Source: Acidobacteriota bacterium
GTDB taxonomy: Bacteria > Acidobacteriota > UBA6911
Direction: 5' to 3'
Assembly (NCBI GenBank): GCA_963664705.1
Contig: OY761556.1
Location: 1,056,001-1,120,000, forward strand
Length of the DNA: 64,000 nt
Shown here: piece by piece, positions 10,528 through 20,600 of the stretch
Layout of the letters: every line of letters begins with the position of its first letter
Position numbering within the stretch: the first letter of the stretch is position 1
Made by a program: the position numbers and the translations under genes
The notes under the pieces: generated by a model
The model's input: only the letters and a program-made list of their open reading frames with translations
Told to the model about the DNA's origin: nothing
Databases searched by the model: none

Positions 10528-11148
10528 ATGAAAATCCTGGAAATAAAGACGCTGGAAATCCCTGCTGTCAAGGTCATCCGGTTCGCACGTTTTGCCGATC
10601 ACCGCGGTTACTTTGCAGAGCATTTCAGAAAAAGCGATTTGGGGCAGCTCGGGTTTCTAAAGGGAGTGGAGTTCCAGCAGTCGAACGAAAGCTACTCGAG
10701 GCCGCGCACCGTTCGCGGACTGCATTTCCAGTGGAATCCGCTTATGGGCAAGCTGGTCCGGACGCTGGCAGGGCGAATGGTCGATATGGTGCTGGACATT
10801 CGGAAGGGATCCCCGACAGTGGGGAAAATCATTGCCTATGAAATGCCGGCAGATCTCCATGTGGCGTATGACGAGTGGATCTGGGTTCCGCCAGGATTTG
10901 CTCATGGCAATTATTTTGACAGGGAATCGAGAATCGAATATTTCTGCTCAGGCGAATATAACCCCGCGTGTGAAGCCGGCATTTCGCCTTTGGCCAAAGA
11001 TATCGACTGGTCTCTCTGTGATCGCGATCTGAAGCGTGGATTTGACGCGATTGTGTCGGAAGGGCCTCTCCTCTCGGAAAAGGATCAGCAGGGCCACACG
11101 CTGGCGTCATGGATGGCCAATCCTGCTTCCGGACAGTTTACCGCATAG
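10528..11148 (+). CDS. rfbC: dTDP-4-dehydrorhamnose 3,5-epimerase family
   Basis: DHRGYFAE, RGLHFQ, DIRKGSPT, WVPPGFAHG. Confidence 0.88.
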   Translation: MKILEIKTLEIPAVKVIRFARFADHRGYFAEHFRKSDLGQLGFLKGVEFQQSNESYSRPRTVRGLHFQWNPLMGKLVRTLAGRMVDMVLDIRKGSPTVGKIIAYEMPADLHVAYDEWIWVPPGFAHGNYFDRESRIEYFCSGEYNPACEAGISPLAKDIDWSLCDRDLKRGFDAIVSEGPLLSEKDQQGHTLASWMANPASGQFTA

Positions 11149-11160
11149 GTACAAGGATGA

Positions 11161-11454
11161 TTACCACCGCGGAGCACATTCATCTCTGCTGATAAAAGCC
11201 ATCGGGATTCCGGTATGCGCGGCGGAAATCATCCCTGTTTTACGCAATCCATAACCGCAGGAACTTCGATCCGAATCCGAGTAGGGCGCGACCACCATCC
11301 AGCCTTCTCTGCGAAGCTCCTCCAGCGCCCGCAGGCTGTCAGGCCAACTCCGTGTCGATGCCTTGGGATCGGCAAAAAGATCCGTCAGGAAATGCCATTT
11401 TCCTTCTTCTTGTTCCAACCATGCATATCGAAGCATCTGCGTGTCAGGAGCCAT
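11161..11454 (-). CDS. Small hypothetical protein
   Basis: GGAGGG SD upstream of ATG 11454 plus a sigma54-like promoter; protein-like composition (ALEELRREGW). Confidence 0.55.
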   Translation of the reverse strand: MAPDTQMLRYAWLEQEEGKWHFLTDLFADPKASTRSWPDSLRALEELRREGWMVVAPYSDSDRSSCGYGLRKTGMISAAHTGIPMAFISRDECAPRW

Positions 11455-11508
11455 CTGATTAACAATCCCTCCAATTATTTTTTTTGGGGACTTCTGGGCA
11501 TTTGCTAA

Positions 11509-11525
11509 TGCAATCAAAAGGCCAA
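11509..11525 (-). promoter_or_regulatory. Sigma54 (-24/-12) promoter
   Basis: Minus strand TTGGC-cttttga-TTGCA matches TGGC-N7-TTGC. Confidence 0.6.
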
Positions 11526-11786
11526 ATCAAATCTGCTTTTAGCGCAATATTCGACGCGTCAGCTTAAAAACTTATTCGCCAATAACTTACAGGTGACGAT
11601 GTAATCCGGTTCGCGGACGGCCCAACGCTTGTCCCCTGTTTTTTTAGCCAGAAAGTGCGGCTTTTCGGCAGAGGTGTGCTCAAAATCAGCACTTCACGAA
11701 GTGGCACTACGGTGATTCCGGTCACTGCGCGCGCATGGATTATGGCTAGAATCAGCCATGGGACTTCAAATCAGGAGGCAATCAGG

Positions 11787-12635
11787 GTGGATAACAATCA
11801 GAGTGAAACCAATCGCCGGCTGTGGATCAGTTACCCTTGGATCCGCAATGAAGAAAGAGATTTTACCTATCTTCTGCCTCAACTGAAAGCCGCGAATTTT
11901 GAGGCGGTCTACGATTCCTTTCAACTGCAGCCAAACTCTCAATTAGGCGAAAGAGTCGTTCAGCGACTGCGCAGCATCGGCTTCGATGGCTGGCTGTATA
12001 TCCTCACCCACCAGTGTTTCACCCGGCGCAACTATACTGACGAATTGACCGGCGCCATTGATCAGACGCTTGTTCAAATGGGATCGGACTTTCCAATAGC
12101 CGGACTGATGTACGGCATTGCCTCGCAACAGGTGCCTCCGGTTCTCAGGGTCCTGCCGTGCATATCGCTTGGTGATCCGGATTGGAAACGGCAATTGTCC
12201 CGCGTCCTGGGGAGCGACACCATGCAAGCCAAGAAGGATCATGCAAAGAACGAACCCCGTTTTGTCTGGAAGGTCCATTCCTGTTATGACGGCGATCCCT
12301 CGATGACGGCTATAGAAGTTCATACGAGAGGGGACCGCCTGCAGTATTGGCGGTTTGCAGCTCCAAAAAATGCGAAGATTGTTCGATGGGGGCAGGGGCG
12401 GTCCGGCGGCGGAGAGATATCGCGCGTGGTGTTTGCCGAGGCGAAAGGCTCCGGCCGATACGATAACCGCGACGTATTGTGGTTCGGCGCCGCGAACACC
12501 GTATCCGAAACCGAGAGTGCCTATGCGGTATTCTCCGGACCGCTTCCTGATTTCATCTGTTTTGGCCCTTCGCAAAGTCCCTTCGGTTCCCCGGGAACCA
12601 TGGAAGCATTCTGGCCCGGCCTGCAAAAGAACTAG
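11787..12635 (+). CDS. TIR-domain protein with uncharacterised C-terminal domain
   Basis: LWISYPW box-1-like strand, YD..QLQP, WLYILT, YTDEL (conserved Glu), FPIAGL; GTG 11787 preceded by AGGAGG. Confidence 0.7.
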   Translation: MDNNQSETNRRLWISYPWIRNEERDFTYLLPQLKAANFEAVYDSFQLQPNSQLGERVVQRLRSIGFDGWLYILTHQCFTRRNYTDELTGAIDQTLVQMGSDFPIAGLMYGIASQQVPPVLRVLPCISLGDPDWKRQLSRVLGSDTMQAKKDHAKNEPRFVWKVHSCYDGDPSMTAIEVHTRGDRLQYWRFAAPKNAKIVRWGQGRSGGGEISRVVFAEAKGSGRYDNRDVLWFGAANTVSETESAYAVFSGPLPDFICFGPSQSPFGSPGTMEAFWPGLQKN

Positions 12636-12638
12636 GAT

Positions 12639-12676
12639 AAAGGAGACGGGAGTCACTGTCTCCTATCTCCTTTCTT
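12639..12676 (+). terminator. Hairpin terminator after the TIR gene
   Basis: aaggagacgggag / ctcctatctcctt stem followed by a pyrimidine run. Confidence 0.55.
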
Positions 12677-12709
12677 CCATCTCACATCATTCCATGATAA
12701 ACATGACGC

Positions 12710-14056
12710 GTGGACCTGTTTGCGCAGCGCAAAATATATTCAGTTTACGATGTCACCTCCGAAATAAAGCGATCGCTGGATAAGCTTGGCATTATTTGGG
12801 TTCAGGGGGAGATCTCCAATTTCAAGCATCATTCCTCCGGCCACATGTATTTCTCGCTGAAAGACCAGCGCGCGCAGATGAAGGGCGCCTGTTTCCGCAA
12901 CAACAATATGTATCTGAAATTCCGTCCTGAAGACGGGATGGAAGTTGTGGTGCGCGGACGTTTAAGCGTTTATGAGCCCAGGGGCGACTATCAGATCATT
13001 GTGGAGTACATGGAGCCTGTAGGCTTGGGTTCGTTGCAGCTTGCCTTTGATCAGCTGAAGGAGAAGCTGCGCAAAGAAGGTTTGTTTGATGAGACCCACA
13101 AGATTCCATTGCCGCTCCTGCCGAAAAAAGTCGGCATCGTGACCTCTCCCACGGGGGCAGCCGTCCGGGACATGCTGCGGATTCTCAAGCGACGCAATGC
13201 CTCGTTGGATGTCCTGATCTATCCCGCCAGAGTGCAGGGTGCGGGGGCGGCGGAGGAGATTGCCGCGGGTATTCGGTATCTCAATAACCGGAAGGATATT
13301 GATGTCATCATTGCCGGACGCGGTGGCGGGTCGATTGAAGATCTGTGGGCCTTCAATGAGGAGATTGTGGCCCGGGCTATTTATGGTTCCGAGCTTCCTC
13401 TGGTATCAGCCGTCGGCCATGAAGTGGATTATACGATCGCCGATTTTGTCGCGGATCTTCGTGCCCCGACTCCGTCTGCCGCTGCCGAAATGGTATCCGG
13501 CGCCAGGGAAGATCTGCGCGCTACTGTCCTGTCGTTCAGAGGCCGCCTGAATCAGGCGATGCACCGCGGATTGGAACGACGCCGTCTGAATCTCGAACGG
13601 TTGGCGCATAACAAGGCCTTCATGGTGGCTCCGAATAAAATCCGGGATCTGCAGCAGCGATTCGATGAAAGTACCATGCGGATGGCGGCGTCGATGCAGC
13701 GCTTTGCTTCAAGGGTGCGACACCGGGAACAGATGCTGGCGACACGCCTGATCAAAATAGATTTGCGCCGCCTGATCCGGCACAAGGGAGACATCCTGGT
13801 TCATTCCCGCAACCGACTGATTGCAGGAATGAAGACACGGTTGCACATCGGGCATACTCGTTTCGAGATAGCCGTCGGGAAAATGGATGCCTTGAGCCCT
13901 CTGGCAATTCTCAAGCGCGGGTATTCTATCTGCCGCGATGAACACGGCGCGCTCGTCAAGAATGCAGCGGAGATGTCGCAGGGCGACAGCATCACGGTCA
14001 CTCTTTCCGCAGGCCAGCTGGACTGTGAAGTGCGTAAAATTACGGCTTCCGAGTGA
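12710..14056 (+). CDS. xseA: Exodeoxyribonuclease VII large subunit
   Basis: WVQGEISNFK..SGHMYFSLKD, GRGGGSIEDLWAFNEE, AVGHEVD, APTPSAAAE. Confidence 0.97.
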   Translation: MDLFAQRKIYSVYDVTSEIKRSLDKLGIIWVQGEISNFKHHSSGHMYFSLKDQRAQMKGACFRNNNMYLKFRPEDGMEVVVRGRLSVYEPRGDYQIIVEYMEPVGLGSLQLAFDQLKEKLRKEGLFDETHKIPLPLLPKKVGIVTSPTGAAVRDMLRILKRRNASLDVLIYPARVQGAGAAEEIAAGIRYLNNRKDIDVIIAGRGGGSIEDLWAFNEEIVARAIYGSELPLVSAVGHEVDYTIADFVADLRAPTPSAAAEMVSGAREDLRATVLSFRGRLNQAMHRGLERRRLNLERLAHNKAFMVAPNKIRDLQQRFDESTMRMAASMQRFASRVRHREQMLATRLIKIDLRRLIRHKGDILVHSRNRLIAGMKTRLHIGHTRFEIAVGKMDALSPLAILKRGYSICRDEHGALVKNAAEMSQGDSITVTLSAGQLDCEVRKITASE

Positions 14057-14075
14057 TGGTTCGTCTCCTGGTCAT

Positions 14076-14124
14076 CATTCGCAATTCGTCATTCGTAATT
14101 CGTAATTCGTAATTCGTCATTCGT
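14076..14124. repeat. Heptamer tandem repeat (A/C)ATTCGT x7
   Basis: cattcgc aattcgt cattcgt aattcgt aattcgt aattcgt cattcgt, abutting the xseB RBS. Confidence 0.92.
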
Positions 14125-14134
14125 AGAGGTGCAT

Positions 14135-14386
14135 ATGGAGGAACTGAAGGTAAAGGACTTTGAGTCGGCTTTGAAGTCGCTCGAAGATATTGTGGGACAG
14201 CTCGAGGCCGGCGATTTGACGCTGGATCGGGCACTGGAACTGTTCGAAGAGGGAATCCGGGTCAGTCGATTCTGCGGTTCAAAACTGGATGAGGCCGAGC
14301 GCAAGGTAGAGGTTCTTATCAAGTCGGCCGACGGCACGCTGAAGGAAACTCCTTTTTCGGAAGATATTGAATCGACTGAGTCCTGA
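14135..14386 (+). CDS. xseB: Exodeoxyribonuclease VII small subunit
   Basis: FESALKSLEDIV..LE.GDLTL..ALELFEEG. Confidence 0.95.
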   Translation: MEELKVKDFESALKSLEDIVGQLEAGDLTLDRALELFEEGIRVSRFCGSKLDEAERKVEVLIKSADGTLKETPFSEDIESTES

Positions 14387-14396
14387 TACGGGTACC

Positions 14397-15281
14397 ATGG
14401 AAATAACAGCATATATTGCAGAGTCCAAGAAACTGGTCGACGCATTTCTGGAACGATTGCTCCCTCCGGAAAACCAGGCGCCGGTGACGATCCATAAAGC
14501 GATGCGGCATTCGGTCTTTGCCGGCGGCAAGCGTGTACGACCTATCCTCGTGCTCGCCTCCGGGGAAAGCCTGTCTGGAAACCGGGATACGCTGCTTCAC
14601 GTAGGCGCCGCAATCGAAATGATGCACACCTATTCATTAATCCATGACGATCTGCCGGCGCTTGACAACGACGATTTGCGGCGAGGGATTCCAACCTGCC
14701 ATAAGGTCTTCGGAGAAGCCATGGCCATTCTGGCCGGCGATGCGCTGATGACGCGCTGTTATCAACTGCTGACCGAAATTCCCGGCGTGCCCGATTCCAC
14801 AAGTGTGAGCATTACGCGCGAAATTTCCTATGCGACAGGCACGGTCGAAGGGATGGTTGGCGGGCAGGTGGTCGACCTTGAATCCGAGGGCAAGCCGATC
14901 ACGCCGACGGAACTGGAATATATCCATCGATCGAAAACCGGCGCGCTGCTCAAAGCCAGCGTCCGCTGCGGTGCGCTGGCAGCGGGAGCCAATGAGGCAC
15001 AGTTGACTGCGCTCAGCGGATTCGGCGCCAAGCTCGGACTGGTTTTTCAAATTGTCGACGATATCCTGGATGTCACCTCCAGCAGCGAGGTGCTGGGGAA
15101 GACCGCGGGGAAGGATGAGAAGGTCAAAAAGGCAACTTATCCCGCGTTGTACGGCATCGAGGCCTCAACGCGGAAAGCCCGGGACCTTGTCGCTGCAGCT
15201 TTGGAAGATATCCGTGGATTCGGAAAGGAAGCGGAGGCCCTCCGGAACCTGGCGCAATTTGTCATCAGCCGGACTGCTTGA
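14397..15281 (+). CDS. ispA: Farnesyl/geranylgeranyl diphosphate synthase
   Basis: GGKRVRP, HDDLPALDNDDLRRG (FARM), FQIVDDILD (SARM). Confidence 0.95.
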   Translation: MEITAYIAESKKLVDAFLERLLPPENQAPVTIHKAMRHSVFAGGKRVRPILVLASGESLSGNRDTLLHVGAAIEMMHTYSLIHDDLPALDNDDLRRGIPTCHKVFGEAMAILAGDALMTRCYQLLTEIPGVPDSTSVSITREISYATGTVEGMVGGQVVDLESEGKPITPTELEYIHRSKTGALLKASVRCGALAAGANEAQLTALSGFGAKLGLVFQIVDDILDVTSSSEVLGKTAGKDEKVKKATYPALYGIEASTRKARDLVAAALEDIRGFGKEAEALRNLAQFVISRTA

Positions 15282-15284
15282 TCC

Positions 15285-16070
15285 ATGAAACGACGCATCG
15301 ATCTGGTGCTGGTGGAGCGCGGCTTCGCCGAGAGCCGGCACAAGGCGCAGGCTTTGCTCCTGGCGGGACAGGTTTTGGTTCAGGAGCAGAAGATCGAGAA
15401 GCCGGGCCAGCTGATCGATCCCGAAGCCCCGATACGCATTCTTGGGCAAATCCCATTTGTCAGCAGGGCCGGTGGCAAATTGCAGGCTGCGCTGGATTAC
15501 TTTCATATTCCCGTTGATGGAAAAATATGCGCCGACCTGGGAGCCTCGACCGGCGGCTTCACCGATTGCCTGCTTCAGTATGGCGCAGCCAGAGTGTACG
15601 CATTCGATGTCGGGAAAGGGCAATTGGCTTGGAAGCTGCAATCCGACTCGCGCGTCATCGTTCGGGATGAATTCAACGTTCGCAACCTGAGCCCGGCCGA
15701 CCTTCCCGAAGCCGTTCAGGTTGTCACCATGGATCTCTCCTTCATATCTGTTACCAAAGTGTTGCCCGCACTCCGGTCCGCGCTGATTTCCGGCCGTGCA
15801 GGCTCAAATGAAACGTGTCAGGAACCGCCCGTCGATGTTATTGTTCTAGTCAAACCTCAATTTGAGGTTGGAAAAGGAGAGGTCGGGAAGGGGGGCATCG
15901 TACGCGACCAATCCAAGCGCCTTCAGGCATTGGATGGGATCAAAGCGTTTGCTTCTCACGAAGGATTCCACGTTCAGGGCAGCATTCCGTCGCCGGTGCC
16001 CGGAGCCGAGGGGAACGAGGAATTTTTGTTACATCTTCGGCTTGCAAAAGGTCTATTATCCTTGCCATGA
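15285..16070 (+). CDS. tlyA: TlyA family rRNA methyltransferase
   Basis: S4 domain, FVSRAGGKL, DLGASTGGFTDCLL, VKPQFE. Confidence 0.95.
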   Translation: MKRRIDLVLVERGFAESRHKAQALLLAGQVLVQEQKIEKPGQLIDPEAPIRILGQIPFVSRAGGKLQAALDYFHIPVDGKICADLGASTGGFTDCLLQYGAARVYAFDVGKGQLAWKLQSDSRVIVRDEFNVRNLSPADLPEAVQVVTMDLSFISVTKVLPALRSALISGRAGSNETCQEPPVDVIVLVKPQFEVGKGEVGKGGIVRDQSKRLQALDGIKAFASHEGFHVQGSIPSPVPGAEGNEEFLLHLRLAKGLLSLP

Positions 16071-16927
16071 CGCGTCAGATACACACAATCGGCATCATCC
16101 TGAAAAAGCAGGACTCAAGAGTTCAACACATCCTGAAAGACATACTCCCCTGGCTGCAATCCCGGAATCTCGAGATCCTGGTTGATCGGGAATCCGCTGA
16201 ACAGTGCCCGCCCGGATTATCCCTGGTTCCTTCGGAAGAGCTTGCCCGGCGGTCTGATGTAGTCGCCGTGTTTGGAGGGGACGGGACGATGCTGTACGCC
16301 GCCCGCATGGTTGGAGCCAACCGGACGCCTATTTTCGGTGTCAACCTGGGTTCCCTGGGATTCCTGACCGAGGTGACCCTCGATGCCATGCAGGAGGCTT
16401 TTGAACTTCTCCTTTCCGGTCGCTACGAACTCGAAGAACGCGTAATGTTGAATGTGGATGTGGTGCGGGACGGCCAGGTTGTATCTCAATACCTCGCGTT
16501 GAATGATGCTGTCATCAACAAGGGCGCGCTGGCGCGCATCATTGAGCTGGAGGTGAGTGTCAATTCACAGCCGGTGCTCTTTACGCGTGCCGATGGCTTG
16601 ATCGTATCCACTCCAACCGGATCTACGGCTTATTCACTGGCCGCCGGCGGACCCATTCTCTATCCGACCCTCGATGCCGTGATCATCGCTCCGATTTGTC
16701 CTCATACCTTGAGCAACCGCCCGGTCGTGATACCGGACAAGCTGCCCGTCACAATCTGCCTGCGCCGCGGGACGGAGGTTATGCTTACCGTAGATGGCCA
16801 GGTCGGGACGCCGCTGAAACCGCAGGATTGCCTTATGATTCGACGGGCTGAAGCAACCATGCAGCTGGTATTGCCGTTTGGGAATACCTTCTTCAAGCTG
16901 TTGAGAGAGAAGTTGCGCTGGGGATAA
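16067..16927 (+). CDS. nadK: NAD+ kinase
   Basis: GGDGT, NLGSLGFL, ALND, STPTGSTAYSLAAGGP. Confidence 0.96.
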   Translation: MTRQIHTIGIILKKQDSRVQHILKDILPWLQSRNLEILVDRESAEQCPPGLSLVPSEELARRSDVVAVFGGDGTMLYAARMVGANRTPIFGVNLGSLGFLTEVTLDAMQEAFELLLSGRYELEERVMLNVDVVRDGQVVSQYLALNDAVINKGALARIIELEVSVNSQPVLFTRADGLIVSTPTGSTAYSLAAGGPILYPTLDAVIIAPICPHTLSNRPVVIPDKLPVTICLRRGTEVMLTVDGQVGTPLKPQDCLMIRRAEATMQLVLPFGNTFFKLLREKLRWG

Positions 16928-16958
16928 GGATACAAGATCGTCCGCGCCGCGCGGATGA

Positions 16959-17576
16959 CTAACGACTTTTCAATTCCCGAAGAAGGTCAATGCCGGACTG
17001 CCGGCAAAGCTGCTGAAATACCACAATCGGAAATCCCACGATATTGAAGTAGCAGCCTTCGATGCGGTCAATCAGCAGGGACGCATAGCCTTGGACGCCA
17101 TAGGCTCCTGCCTTGTCGTGGTGTTCTCCGGTTTGGAGATACCACGCGATATCCTCTGGAGACAGCCTGCGGAAGTGTACCCGTGAGATGCCGTAGCTTG
17201 ATCGCGTGCGTTCAAGATCACAATCGATCAGACAAATGCCGGAAATGACCTCATGCCAGCGTCCGCTCAAACGTTGCAGCATGGAGCGCGCTTCCGCCTG
17301 GTTTTCCGGTTTTCCAAGAATCATGCTTCCCAGGACAACAATGGTGTCCACGCCTATGACCAGGCCGGAATCGTGTCTGGATGCAATTTCGGATGCTTTC
17401 AAATGTGCGATGCGGACCGCATAGTCGGAAGCAGTTTCGCGCGATTTGCGCGGCGGTTCCGGTATGTGGCTTGGTTCTACGCGAAACTGCAGCCCGAGGC
17501 GCTTCAGTATCTCGCGTCGCCGCGGGGAAGCGGAAGCCAGAATCCATCCTGATTGGTCTGCCTTCTTAGGTTTCAT
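16959..17576 (-). CDS. maf: Maf family nucleotide pyrophosphatase
   Basis: ILASASPRRREIL, VDTIV, LGKP, DKAGAYGVQG. Confidence 0.95.
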   Translation of the reverse strand: MKPKKADQSGWILASASPRRREILKRLGLQFRVEPSHIPEPPRKSRETASDYAVRIAHLKASEIASRHDSGLVIGVDTIVVLGSMILGKPENQAEARSMLQRLSGRWHEVISGICLIDCDLERTRSSYGISRVHFRRLSPEDIAWYLQTGEHHDKAGAYGVQGYASLLIDRIEGCYFNIVGFPIVVFQQLCRQSGIDLLRELKSR

Positions 17577-17594
17577 CAATCTGCAATTTTACCT

Positions 17595-17630
17595 AAAAAA
17601 AAGGAGAACACGGAAATTTCCGTGTTCTCC
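17595..17630 (-). terminator. Intrinsic terminator of the TBDR gene
   Basis: ggagaacacgg / ccgtgttctcc perfect stem followed by T8 on the minus strand. Confidence 0.85.
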
Positions 17631-17682
17631 GTCGTGTTTTCGCTACTTCTGCGAGTTCCGCCTTCTTCCGTGGATTTCGTGT

Positions 17683-20600
17683 CTAAAAGGCGAATCTCAA
17701 GCCGACCTGGATTCTTCTCGGCGTGCCCTGGGAAGAAACGATGGTCCCGAAATTGACATTGTTCAGATCCGAGACAGGATTTGCATAGTGGACGCTGTTG
17801 AAGATGTTGTTGGCTTCAATCCGGAGCTGGAGGTCCCGGCCCTCATGAAGTCGGAATTTCTTCTGGAGCAGAGCGTCGATGTTCTTGTATTCCGGTCCCA
17901 CGAATGAGTTGCGGCCGGAGTTGGCGTCCTTGCCTGCCGCGGGATTCGTGAAGAGGGCGGCCAGCGTCGGGTCAAACCAATAAACGATGCCGATGTTCTT
18001 ATAAATTCCTCCGACATTACGGCTGCCGTCATAATTGGCAAGGCTGCTGACTCCTGCATATTGATTCTGCAGTCCTGAGTTCACGCTGAAGCGCGAACCG
18101 CTTTGCCGGACATAAATCAGTCCCAGGTTCCAGCCGCCAAGGATGCGATCCATCCACTTGGAATACTCAAGATCGCCGCTTCTGCTTCTTCCATAGGGAA
18201 GCGCCCAGTTAAAGGTCGCGTTGAAAAGATGCGTCCGGTCAAAATCGCTGGGAGCCCTGTCAATCTGCGGATTCCTGTTGTTGGACGAGCTCACAAAGGA
18301 ATCGCCCTCGGAGGAAATTGTGTCCAGCGTCTTGCTCCAGGTGTAGTACGCCCGGAGGTTATACGTCTTTGCGCTTTTGCGAAGTCCGAGCTGGAGTGCA
18401 TCGTACCAGGATTCCGCGGAATTGGTCCCATAGTAGACACGGTTGAATTGAGGGTAATTCCGAAGGTAGAAATCGGAAACTCCTGCCGCGCCATATTTAA
18501 AATAATAATTCCGGTCCACCGCATCGGCCGCGGCACCAACCTGGCCGGAATCCAGCACATAGTTGCCCAGCGACTTCATGGCTTCCATGGGCGAGCCGAA
18601 CAGCCTTACCAGCGTATTCGAGGGCGAGGTTGGGGTTCCAAACATCCGGTATGCCTGCAGCTCTTTAAAGGCATTCAGGAAATCGCCCTGCGTATTGGTC
18701 TGGTTCAGGTTCAGCATCTGGAACAGATTTTTGCCGCGTGTCCCGACATAACTGGCTTCCCAGATAGCGCCCCAGAGCCGTTTTTCCAAGGTGATATTGA
18801 ATTGATAAACGCGGGGTGTCCTCAATTTGGGGTCGAGAATGGCTATCGATGTGGATCTCGTCACAGGCAGTTGCGCCGTAGGAGCGGAAGGCTGTGACGG
18901 AGAGGGCGTCCCGTCGCTGAGACGGAGATCGCCGCCGGTCGAATTGGGGAACAACGAGACGTTTTGAGAAAAACCGTAGCTGTTCTGATCCACAAAATTG
19001 GTGACGGCGCCAATCAGGCGATCATAGTAAATACCGAAACCGCCGCGTAGCACCAGGGTTCCGGATCCCAAGGCATCCCAAGCAAAACCGAATCGGGGAG
19101 CGAAATCGGAATTGTTTCTGCCATACCATCCGTTGCCCTGAACCACCTTGAAATTGGAGATATGGGCGGAATAGCTGATTTGCGAGGACTGGTCCAATAC
19201 CGCCTGGAAGCTGTTATTTTCGTTGGGGACGGTGCTGAGTTCATAGCGCACGCCAAGATTCAGCGTGAGATTCGGCAGGATTCTCCAGTCATCCTGGACA
19301 AACCCCGAAAATTCCCTGAACGTAAAATCCCTGCTCCTGGCAGTTCCCGTGGGCAGCGTAGCGGTCAGGCTTGAATTGAAGGTCTGGCTTACGCTCTCCA
19401 TCCGGCCGAGCAGATCATTATAGAGATTGTCAAAGGTCAGGCGGTCGGAGTTTGAGATTACAGATACGCCGGATGGACCCACATTGCTGGAAGGCGCATT
19501 TCCCATCGTGGTCCCGAAGGTAATGTTGGGATAAACCCCGGTGTAATCCACGCTGCTCTGGGTGGTCTGCCGGAAGGTAGCACCATACTTCAGATTGTGC
19601 GCGGTTTTGCTGTGCGCGAAGTAATCCGAAATTTCGAAAACGGGAGTCTTGTAAGAACGCGGGAAAGAAGGATCCAGTGGATTCGTCCACGTATTGGCGA
19701 TATACATCGAGGTGCTCAGCCGGGCCGGTCTTTTCAGTTCGGCTTCAGGGCGGAAATAGGACACCCGGAACTGATTCAGCTTGTTTGAGCCCAATGCCAG
19801 GTCGGATCCGACCATAAACCCGTAAAGCCTGTTCAACTGCGTGCCGGCTTTTTCTCCAGGGTATGTGGCATCCGCACCGCTGGCAAGATCGGTCGCATCG
19901 AGATGCGACCAGTTGGCGCGGATGAACAGATGATGATTGGCGCTGAGGTTGCGATCAAAACGACCATTTACGGATTGACTGTCGAGGTAGGCGGGATTGT
20001 TGAACTGGTATCCGGCTATGTTCAGTCCGTCTCCCACGACAAATACATTGGGCGAAGGCATCTTGGCGAGAACTGCCGCTACCGCGGGGTCAATCCCCAG
20101 TTTTCTCGGATCATTGGATGTGATGTCGTAAGAATTCAGGATTGCCGTGCCCGGCTTATACCATCGGAAAATTCCCGCTTTTGCCTGGTCGGAGAGAACA
20201 CTCCGGATTCGTGATACCTGCTGGTTTGTATGATTGCCCTCAAAATTCAAAAAGAGAAGGTTGTTCGCTCCGAATACCGGCCCGGACACCGTTGCTCCAA
20301 AAACGTTGCGCGTGAGTTTGGGCTTGGTTATACCGCGCGAATTATTGAAGAAATCATTGGCATCGATATTCTGATTTCGAGCGTAATCGTAGATTTCCTT
20401 CGACCACGACTTGGAGCCCGGTCTCGATACGACTGTGACCTGCGCCCCTCCGGTGCGGCCATACTCCGCTTTGCCGTTTGCGGTGATGATCTGTACATCG
20501 GATACGGCATCCGGATCCGGCGCGATAACCGGAATATCCAAGCGAGGCTGCACCTGGTTCGATGTGGCATTGCCATCAATTCCGGTCGCGGTCATTGCGG

